This document shows positions 38,792 through 49,932 of a DNA stretch of 64,000 nt, one piece after another (position 1 is the stretch's first letter; every line of letters begins with the position of its first letter). A program made the translations under genes and the position numbers. The stretch covers positions 1,202,917-1,266,916 of the forward strand of contig MU058418.1 of the NCBI GenBank assembly GCA_013265495.1, given 5' to 3'. The notes beneath the pieces are model-generated. The model had not been told where the DNA came from, did not search any database, and was given only the letters and a program-made list of their open reading frames with translations. This DNA is from Vicugna vicugna (lineage: Eukaryota).

Positions 38792-41013
38792 CAATGGTTT
38801 TCCAAGTGGCAGAACGAGCACTTGAGCTCCTTGGTAGTCTGGGAATCAGATTCTGTGCTCTGAGACCATTTCAGAGGTCCCAGAGGTCAAAAACTGTCTA
38901 TAATAATACTAGGGTAATGTTTGCCTTTTTCACTGAGGTGACATTTGCAGCAATGGTGGACAAAACTGCTGGTGCTTTAGCATGAATCAAGGCAATAGCA
39001 CCAAATTATGTTGTCTTCCTCATTGCCCATGCATTAACAGTTCCACTTAAAAATGTCTTTGAAGAAGCAGTAAAAATTAATATTATTAAATGTCTACCCT
39101 TGAGAACATTCTTTTTTAATATTCTTTGTGATAAAGGAAGCACACATAAAACTCTTCTGTTTTATATACATACAGTAGTTCCCAAATACAAACACAGTGG
39201 TTGTCTTGAGGAAAAGCACTTGTACAATTGGTTGAGTTGCTAGCTAAACTAACAGCTTTTTTCATGGAACACCATTTTCACTTGAAAAAAATGAGTGATA
39301 GACAGAGTGTGTATTCAGATATGGCAATGTCTGACAGACATTTTCTTGAAAATGAACAAAGAAAAACTGTCACTTTAAGAAAACTACCAACAGTTTCGTT
39401 GCCAATGATAAAATTTGAGCAAACAAGTACAAAATAGAATTTTGTAAAATTTGTTTCTGCTACCATGAGCTTCACACCTTCCCAATTCTTTTTTTTAAAC
39501 TGCCTATGCTTTTTTTCTTTTTTAATTGAAATATAGTGTCAATTTCTAGTGTACAGCATTATGTTCCAGTCATGCATGTGTGTGTATATATATATATACA
39601 TACACACACATATATTCATTTCCCTATACCTTCCCAAGTCTTAAGTATTTTTTTCTGATGAGATTGATGGTGGTATTAATAAATGTAAAGTTTTGGTATT
39701 ATAACTAAATGTGTCAACATTTGGAAGATCTACATAACTCTTTCAAAGAATATTTTCCAATAACCAATGCATTTGCTTACAAAACCATGCATGACAAAGG
39801 TCCATTTAAAATGCAAGAAAGACTAATAGACTTTAATATAATAGTATTTTTAAAATATACTAGTATTGTTTCAGATTCTATGTTGCAACTATTATTTTAA
39901 AAATTACTTCTTGTCAAGTTTTTAAAAAGTTTTGAAAAGACTCTTTTAGAACAGTGTTAAGCTTATGGAAAAACTGAAAAGATAGTACAGAGAGTTTCCA
40001 TATACTTCCAAATTCAGTTTCCTTTATTATTAACATCTTACATTACTATGGTATATTTGTTGCAATTAATGAACCAATATTGATATTATTAACTAAAGTC
40101 CATATTTTATTCAGATTTTCTTAGTTTATACCTAATATCCTTTTTCTATTCCAGGATCCCATCCAAGACACCACATTACCTTTAGTCATCATGCCTCCTT
40201 AGATTCCACTTGGTTGTGATGGTTTCTCAGACTTTCCTTGTTTTTAATGACAGTTTTGAGGAATAATGGTCAGTTATTTTGTAGAATGTCCCTCAGTTGG
40301 GATTTGTCTAATGTTTTTCTCATGATTAGACTGGAATTGTGGGCTTTGGGATGAAGACCACAGAGGTCAAGTGCTATTTTTATCAGATTATCACAAGGGT
40401 ACATACTATTAATGACTTACCACTATTGATGTTAACCTTGATCACGGTAGTCTAAGGTAGTGAGTATCAGGTTCCTCCACTGTAATGTTACTCTTCCCAC
40501 CTCTTTCCATAGTAAGCTCTTTGTAAGGAAGTTCTTATTGAGTTTTCATGTAGCATCAGAGAAGAAACTCCACAATTATCTAATAAAGCTGTTAAATACT
40601 TTTCCCTTATCCAACTACATAATTGTGTGAGGCTAGATTTTTTTTTATAAGATTCAACCAAAGCAGCATATCACAATAGTTTGACTGTAGAAGCAGATAT
40701 GAGAATCCCACTTATGCCAGACATTAAAGAGATTTGCAAAAAGTATAAAACAATGCTACTCTTTTTACTAAATTATTTTCATTTTAGAAAATATAATTGT
40801 TTTCATAAAAATGTTATTTCTGTTAATTTTATGGATTGAATATAATGACTTTATCATTGTTATTTTAAATAAGTTAACAAATATTTTAAAATTTTCTCAT
40901 TTTTAATTTCTAATACAGTAAATATTAGGAGAGATAACTCATGTAAGTGAAAGCTCTTGGGTTCCTCAATAATTTTTAAGTGTTAAGGGGTCCTGAAACC
41001 AAATGAGAACTAC
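38792..41013. mobile_element. Charlie1-family hAT DNA transposon fossil with nested L1 fragments (about 39505-39625 and 39930-40530)
   Basis: Left end caatggttttccaagtg...tgagaccatttcagagg...gaggtcaaaaact, internal tttttcatggaacaccattttcacttgaaa, right end gtcctgaaaccaaatgagaactac. Confidence 0.75.
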
Positions 41014-43999
41014 TTTTTTTAGGGTTAAATTTCTGTTAGACTGAAAACGAAAGAACCCTATTCAAAGAAAGCAGGCCAAAACTGAATTCTAAAGGCTTAA
41101 TGAGTGAACTGACTATACCTAAATTTTCCTTATTGAGAAATGTAATTTTTACACCTGCAGAAAATTGTTTCCTCAGCTGATAACTGTGCTCACAAGTAAC
41201 TGTTTGCAGGAGTAGTAGTTTGTTATTTGTGTCTTAAAATAATGACAGGTGGCCAGGTGTGTTTGTAAAAAAAAAAAGTCTGAGCAGAAAAATGTATCAG
41301 TTGATGCATATGCATAGATGTACACGTTGTTTACTGTCAACTTTTTGCTCATTAGCTTTCTTCTTTGGTTCTTAGTATTCAAGGAATGGAGATCCATCAG
41401 ATTTGTGTTTTGGCCTTCATCTGTTAGTCTTGATTACATCACATTAGTTTATATATCAGACTTAACAAACTGTATGGAACAGTATCTCTTGGGGAATTGT
41501 TAAGCGACTTTCCCCTTCTCTTGCTCTGTTTTGTCTCTATTTCATTTCATGTGTTCCAGATGAAACCATTGGTTGAGAACTACTTCTGGTTTGTGTGCTT
41601 TGTACACTCTCAGTAAATACTAAAGAATGAATAGCTTTTATCTCTACGGTTTGGCAAAGAGTCAAGGCTGATGGTGTTTGGATGCCAACAGTGGTGATTA
41701 GCATCAGGGAATAAGGGCATTAATCATCATTGCTAAGGCAGCCTAGGAATCTTTTTGGCCCTTTACCTTCTGAGCAACAAAATCATTCTGGTAGCATTGC
41801 TGATGTCTGTGTTCCTGTTTCCCAAATATGCTGACTTCTGGCAATACCACGTCCAGATAAGGCAGGCTGTCAGCCTGGCTACAACATAGAGGACAGGTAG
41901 GGCAGAAGTGAGATTGCAGAGAGCTTAGTAGAGAATGGATCAGGTTCTTGTAGGGAGGAATGTGAATCCAATATCAAAATGAATCCTAAGTCTTTCTGTC
42001 CCTTTGTCTTTTCTTGCCCTCATTCCTAGTCAACCCTTAAGCTAAAGAGTCACATTCTTAGTCTTGAAAGGCACCTTTTCTGACCATTCAACCAACCCTG
42101 AATCCTCTGTACAAACCCTGGTTCTCCATTTGCCCTGCCATGCCAGTTTGTGGGGTGCAATTAAATGTGTGAGAAGGAATATAGGACATATGCAGTAAGA
42201 TGTCAAATTTCAACATACATACCTGGACCTAGCTATCTCATATTGGCCCTCCAAATTTTAAAGAATGTTTTTGAAATAAAGTCTCATAATTGACCTATCC
42301 CATAACTTGATTTAAAATTGAGATGTATACAAGTAACTTTTTACCTGAGTTTATATAATTATCCTGAAATTTTGTAACTGAAAAGAAAAGAATTCTCTGT
42401 AAGATTGGAAGTTAGACTGACGATCGATTTTTACTAATTGTTGATGATGATTTGTCTCTTTCAGGGAAATAACTATATATTGGGTTAAAAGTTATGGGGT
42501 TTTGTGTTTTATTATTTTAAAGGAAAAAAGAAAAATGTCTTTTAGAGAATTGTCCATAAAACTGGCATGGAATTAAACATGTGAAAACTGTGGCCGCTTA
42601 GAGTAATTGTGGTCATTTCCATGATAAAAAAAGGAGGTAAAGGAGAATCAGAAAGAATGGAGAAAAACTGGATGGAGAGAGGACCTTCCTAGTTTCTTCA
42701 CCTGAGAAGTTTTGTGTTATAAGACGCACTGTGAGGCTGAACAGTCTTGCTCAGCTTCTGTTCCCACATTGGGGCAAAAACAGGTATTTAGGTGATACAG
42801 CATATATGGCAGTCGATTTTCAGCTCTGCAGGCCAGAAACTTCTCAAACTGAGCTGCCTGAAGCTTCTCTGAGGGAGAAAATTTGCTTTCATTTTCTTGA
42901 ATATATTTATGTTGTGCTGCTAACTGAAACAATTTAAAAACGTGTCCAATCCTTGAAATGGAGAGAAATTTTCTCAGGATTCCCAGGGGGTCTCAAGGGA
43001 GAGTAAGTGTGCTAAGAACTGTACACCTTCAACATGTCCCCTTTCTTAGGAATAAAATTATTTTGAGGATCAGTTGTAGTAGACGTAACTCCTCATATTA
43101 CTTTCAAGATCACTTCTATTCTAGGAAAACATAACAAACTAATATTTAAGATTTGCCTTGGCCTTGGGAAGAATGTGTCCACTTGCTCAGATGATAAAAA
43201 AGTAGAATTAAAACTTTAAACGTTAAAGTGGTTGTTAACTTTGTAAAATGAGAATTTAAAAAAATTTAAAGTAAATGATCTCACTTGGCTATTAATAATA
43301 AAGTATCACAGCCCTAAATGACAATTGGGAATAGTTCTCTAAACAGAAGAACTATACAATGATTGGTAAAGTGCTGAGAAAAATCTATGCCAACCAATTA
43401 ACATGAGTATAAAACACTTTAAAAGTACTTATTTGATTTTTTTTTTTTGAGATTTTTGAATTAACTTTTTTTTTTTAGTTTGGTAAGAAAAAACTAACAA
43501 GCTTATCAGTGAATTTGTAAAACACATCAAGAAGCAGAAAAAAATCATCCATAATTTTACTAAAAGATTACAATTGTGAATTGTTTGATTTTTTTTTAAA
43601 GGGCTTTAACACTGATGGCTTTTTTAATGCTTATCTCCAACTGGTTTGGGTTTTTTTAAACAGGAAGAATTTTTAACGAAGTAATTTTTTGATTTGTAAT
43701 TTTTTCCCATCATAAAGTACATGATTTGATATACTCCGTAGTACCTTCCTCCTAGATTAGATCAGTTGACTCAAAATTAGTAATTACTTAGTACATTGCT
43801 AATTAGAATATTCAATAAGCTACATCCCATTAAATGTATTGTTACTTTGAGATATATTTTATGGAAAAAACTTTTAGAATTATTGGAATATACTGGTTTC
43901 TTAAAATAACTTATAAAGATACCAGGTCAAGCAAAATATTTTGAGAAAAGAAATGAGCTATAATATCAGGAAATTATAAGATTTCCAAGTATTTTAGGG

Positions 44000-44363
44000 T
44001 GTTGACTGAAGAAGAAAATACATGACTTGAAAGCTGTGAGTTCAATTTTATTTGGGGGAACTTACTGAGCACTGTAGCCTGGGAGACAGCCTTTCAGATA
44101 GCTCTCAGGAACTGGAGTAGATGCCTCCATTCATGATTTTAGTGCTTTTCTAAGTATGAGAAGATGCAAGAAATTGGATTCGAAAAATTTTCTCCTGAAA
44201 TACTTATCTGAATGCCTGTTTGCCAGTTTTCCCAGTGCATTTAGTGCCTCATCCCTGCCCTCCACCCCGAACTCCTTTCAGGGCGTGTTAAAGGCCAGCA
44301 ATGACAGTGGCTAGTGACTTCATTCTTAGAGAACCAGATGGTGAGCAACATTCTTTGTTTTCA
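44000..44363. mobile_element. Solo LTR (ERV1-like)
   Basis: TG...CA termini, 364 bp, flanked by a 4-bp near-TSD aggg/agag. Confidence 0.6.
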
Positions 44364-44624
44364 AGAGTCAAGTATTATTTAACTCTTTTATCTTGTATTG
44401 TTAATCAAGAAATGTATATATATAAGATTTCCCTCTCAAGATTCTTGCAATGATTCATTGGTCAGCAACTATTTCTTAAGTGCTTCTGTATCTGTATGCC
44501 AGTATGTTGTGAGGAATATTAAAAAAGTGGAAAAAGTTTCTTTCAAAGAGTTTACAGTTTCTAAAGGAAATAACAGGAACCAAATACCAAACAATGCAGT
44601 AGAGTGAAAGGGGGTCCAACTGAA

Positions 44625-44770
44625 TGAAGAAATATGAATTCCAATCCTTACTCAGGTAACTGTGTAGCTGAGTGGCCTTAGGCAGGTCACTTGACCTCTC
44701 TAGGTCCAGGTACCTCATCTGTAAATGCATGATGTGATCAACTAATTTCTGTTATTCCTTTCAGCTGTAA
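44625..44770 (+). mobile_element. MIR fragment
   Basis: agctgagtggccttaggcaggtcacttgacctctct...tacctcatctgtaaatg matches the MIR core. Confidence 0.7.
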
Positions 44771-45424
44771 AGACTATTTTAAAGAGCTGTGCTCACTAGT
44801 TAAGTACATATTATGAGTGCATCAGGAGTCAAAAGTACAATGGTAAAGATTGGCATGAGATTTAAGAAGGAAAGTGATCTTGACCTTGAGAGGTGAGTAG
44901 AATTTAGATGAGCATAGTGAAGCTATCTCAACCATGATCTGAAGCCAAACACCAAATGTTTCAAGAGGAAGAGAAGATAGTTGTCTAATAAGAGCAGAGT
45001 GCATGTTGGAGAGAAAAGGGAAATAAGAATGAAAATCTCAGACAGATCCACTGTAAAATCAGACAGAGAAGTATAGTCTTCTTACCCTGATCCACAGAGA
45101 GTCATCCACAGAGATTTTAATCAGGAACATGGTATATAAAGTAATATTTTAGAAAAATGAATAGGGCAGTAATTAATTTTAAGGCAAATTTAAGGCAGTA
45201 ATTAATTTAGTAAAGGTTGTAACTTTCACCACAATATTCCAGTGGGTCAACCAATATTATCTCCTCTTGGCAATGTCCTTCTTTCAGGAAAGAAACTTGC
45301 TAAATAAACCAATATGCTAGGTATTTTTTAAAATAAACTTTAAAGCAGGGTAACAGAGTGAGCTCCACCCACTTTATATTTTATGGCCTCTTTCCCCAGT
45401 CATTCAGTAGGTATTTACTGAGTA

Positions 45425-46180
45425 CAGTAGCCTGTTCATTCCAAGACCCCCAGTGGAAGCCTGAAGCCACAGATAGTATCAAACCCTATGTATGCTATTG
45501 TTTTTCCTATACATACATACCTATGATAAAGTTTAATTTATAAATTAGGCACAGGAAGAGATTAACAATAATAACTAATAATAAAATAAGTTAACTGTAA
45601 CAATATACTGTAATAAAAGTTATGTGACTGTGGCCTCATCTTACTATACAAATTTAATGCCTGTTCCATCTTAACTAAGCACTTGTTGTACACTGTGGCT
45701 GTAACTTTTGCAGTTTGAGATGCAGTTTATTCACAATTTCATGGATAGAAGATTCATTCTTACTAGAGATCTTAGCAACCTCAGCATATGATTTTTTTTT
45801 CTTTCCTTATTAAGTCAAGAACTTTTACCTTTTTGCTTAAAGGAAGCACTTTACGATTCCTCTTTGGCATATCCAAATTGCCAGCATCACTACTTTTGCA
45901 CTTTGAGGCCATTATTAAGTAAAATAAGGGTTACTTGAACATGAGCATTGGGATACCAAGGGAGTCGGATACCTGAGATAGCTACTAAGTGGCTAATGGG
46001 TGAGATACCCTGGACAAAGGAATGATTCATGTTCTGAGCCTGATGTTACAAGATTTCATCACGCTACTCAGAACAGAGTGCAATTTAAAACTTACAAATT
46101 ATTTATTTCTCAAGTTTTCCACTTAATATTTTCCAGCCATGGTTGATCACAAGTGAAACTGCAGAAAGTGAAATCTACTG
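45425..46180. mobile_element. MER44-type (Tigger7-derived) non-autonomous TcMar DNA transposon
   Basis: TA|CAGTAG...CTACTG|TA termini with a TA TSD. Internal ttccaagacccccagtgga and catacatacctatgataaagtttaatttataaattaggcacag. Confidence 0.85.
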
Positions 46181-46519
46181 TACTTAAAGCTGCCTAGGTG
46201 CTGTGGGGGTACCAAGATGAATAAGAGTCAGTCATCACACTTAAAAAAAGAGATAATGTGATCAAGTACATAGATCACTAGAATGTGAGGCAGATTACAG
46301 TTAGTACCACTGGATCCATATGACCCGAATGCTGAGGGCAATCAAAGAGGAACTGAACCTTGAAGACTGCAGAGTTGGAGACCCTGCTGATGCAGGGGAG
46401 GAAGGGGAGAGAGTGAGGAGTGGCTCTTTGGCTGTTCCCAAGAATAAGGGATCATGAGGGCAACTTCTGTGATCTCTTCCTCCTCTAAGGTTTTATGTTC
46501 CTATGAAAAACACAGAGTT

Positions 46520-47945
46520 AGGAAGTCACAGAGTCTACTTGGGAAATAAAGACTCGGGAGAGTCCTACTTCCATTAATAACAGAGTAGCTGCTATTTGAC
46601 CAACCCACATGTAGATCATAACTGTATCTCTGGGCAAAGTCTGAAAAATAATTATCTGGAGGGCACTACTGAGCAACTAGAAGCAGGAAGAAAGTGGACC
46701 ATCATCAACACATGGAAGAAAAGATTGATACTGGTGAATTTCTTATTTTAATAGTTTTTTGCTTGAGAGCACAACACAGTTGCCTTCTTATGGGACATCT
46801 AAAAATCGATGGAAACCTGCAGTATTCCTGGCCTGAGGAACCAGAGGAGAGTATCCATAGCAGCTGGAAGATAAGAGAAGAAATCATGGGAAGGACGGAA
46901 CCACAGAGGATGAGCCCAAAATTCTTCATATAAACTCTGCCCAAATCTTGGGCTGATCTGTGAACTACACAGCTAAGGCTAAAAAAAAAATTGAACAGAG
47001 ATTTCAGTCACTGCCTATCACAGAGGAGACAGAGTTTGGAGTTTGAGACTAGCCAGGTTAATTACCTCCTAAAATAGCAACAACAAAAATCAATATACTT
47101 TGGTGAAATATAAAAGAATCCTAAGTCTCTATAATATATCATTCAAAATATCCAGAATACAATCCAAAATTACTAAATGTGCAGACACAAGAAAATCTGA
47201 CCCATTTTAAAAGAGGGAAAGGTAATCAACAGAAACTAACCATGAAATGACACAGATGTTGGAATTAGAGGCAAAGATTTTAAAGTAGTTTTTATATCTT
47301 TACTCAGGAATGTGAAGGAAATATACACTGGTAATGAGTGAACACATAGGAAATCTCAACAGGGAAATTGAAACTATAAAAAAGAACCAAATGGAAATTC
47401 TAAAGTTAAAAATTATAAATTCTAGGCTTAAAAAATTTTAATTTCACTTGTATGTACTGAACACTAGACTATAGATGATGAGAGAGTTAGTGAACTTAAA
47501 GATATATGAACAGAAATTATGCCATCTGAAAAACAGGAAGAGATTGAAAAAAAACAAAATAAACAAAACCTCATGACTTAAACTATATCAAAAGGTTTAA
47601 CACTTGTGTCGTTGGAGTTCCAGAAGGAAAGGGGATAGAGTGTGGGGCAGAAAAAAATTTTTTGAAGAAATAATGTTTGAAGTTTAGTAAAAGATACAAT
47701 TTTACAGATTCTAGAAGCTCAGAAAACTTCTAGCAGATACAAAGAAAATCACTCCTAGGCACACCATAGTCAAACTGTTGAAAATCAAAGATAAAGACAA
47801 TTTCAGAGCAGCTAGAGGAACAACAATACGATTAAGAACTGACTTCTTATCAGACTCAGTGGAGACCTGAAAACAGTATGACAACATCTTTAAAGTGCTG
47901 AAACGAAAAAAGTGACAATCCTGAATTCTCTTGCTAGAGAATGTA
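46520..47945 (+). mobile_element. Ancient L1M 5'UTR/ORF1 remnant
   Basis: ORF1-like segments gaaactataaaaaagaaccaaatggaaattcta, ttggagttccagaagga and gacaacatctttaaagtgctgaaa. Confidence 0.7.
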
Positions 47946-49932
47946 AGAGTCATGGCTGTAACTTAGATTATGTGTGGGAGAGTGGTGCGCCCTCAGGCAG
48001 GATAGATGGGTTGTAATCAGTGTGAAAGGGCCTGCGTATCAGGTGGTAGAGTTTGGTTTAGAACCTTTATCAGCATAAAACAAACTGGTTACTTTTTTTT
48101 TTTAACGTCTGTATTGGATAATCTGGCAAAGATGCATGAGACTGGCATCACTGCTACCACACGTGGAGTCTTGTATGCATTAGATAAAGCTGCTCTTCAA
48201 GATGGGCAGAGACCTAGGTGAGCAAATCATGACTTTATGTGGAAAAAAGTGTGCCCCTTCCTCTAGGCAGACACTGCCCCTCACCAAGGTGCATGGCTTG
48301 GCAAACAGAGTGTGGACTGGATTTCACCTCCTAATTGCCCCTTGACTGGGGACATAAACCAGATTTACATGATAGATTGGAAAGAATAGATGAATATGAG
48401 AGAAATCTGTAGAATTGGATGTAGAGGGTCTCAGGTCCAAGGACAAGCCACAGAGCTCTGACGTATTCAGTTTGGATGACCAGAGGAACAGCAGGAACCT
48501 TAACAGGAGAACCAGAATTAAGAGACAGGCTCTTACAGATAATTGGAAATCCAGTACTGAAGGTATAGACCTGGAAGTTACTTACAGAGATGTGTTAGTG
48601 AAATCACCTGAACTGAAACAGAAAGGAAGAGATGATGGGTAGGGGTGGGGTTGGAAGGTGTGTTATCACAAGTCAGTAGAAGGAAACAGAGCCAAGGTAC
48701 TGGTGCAGATGAATTAAAGGTACAATAGGAACAATAAAAATTGAATTTTTTAAATGGAGGTAATTTACTAGATTGGTAATGTTTTGGGATTTGGTTGTTA
48801 CTTTGTAGAAAGTCTTAATAGAAGTATATAACAAGCCACTTAACCTAATTTTACTACTTTCAGCCTTAATGTATGTGAAAAACTCTGTAAACAACAAATT
48901 AATATACACACTTACATGGAGATATAAAAATTATCTTGCATACTTTGGTACTGTCAACTTTCTGCATTTCCCTATCATGTCCTAATACAAATCCAGGTTG
49001 TTAAATATTCCAATCATTCTGGACTGCTGCAGCCTTAGCAATGCATTTCCTAATCTCTCCTTTCACTGCTTTACTAAAGCCAATGATGGTTTCTTTTTCT
49101 CAGGCTGCTTCTTCCTTCACCAAATTCCATTTAATTCCTTGTTTATGGAATAGATTTCTATTTTCCTGCACTGGGCAAATTCCCTCTCCTTGAAAACCCA
49201 CCTACTCTAAGAATACTGCTCTCCACAGTTAGTACTATGTAACTGATGGAAGCTCAGTATGTATCTGTTAACTAGCAAAATTAAGAGTCACTGCTACTTA
49301 TTATCTGAAGTTCTTACTGACTTTTTATTTCCCTGATTCTCATTTACCTCCTGTTTAAAAGCAAACTAAATAACAAAATAAGCTTTAAAAAGAAATAGGA
49401 AAAGAATTAATTTTAGCAGGTATTTATTTATACCTTAACTTGATTCCCAGAAGGATTATATATGTGGGTGTGTGCCCATGTAGACACCCACATACACAAA
49501 CAAATAGAATAAATAGATCTTTTTAAAATTATAGCAAAAGGAAAATAAGAATAGTTAAGTTGAAAGACAGGAAAAGTTAGTTTACATAAATCCATGTCAT
49601 AAACTTCTACAGAGTTCTTAAAATTGAGGAATTAAATCAGCACTCAGCCTCCTTTCAGCCAAAGAGGGGAGAAGACATTTATAAGTTAGAAGATAAGAAG
49701 CAAGCTAATTACTCAGAAGAAGTGAAGATTTTGGGGGTGACTGGGACCTTTCATAAAGGGACTTCTGAAACTTCCCAGCGGACAATTTTCTCAGCACCAT
49801 TCCTGCTGCTAATTCAAGTTTGTGTTGTGCAGATTCTTATATACAAGCTGGAGGCATAATGACAAAGGGCAATTAAATGAAACTAGTGCTATAGAAGTCA
49901 AAGAAGTACTTTACAACTAAGCTTTTTTCTTT

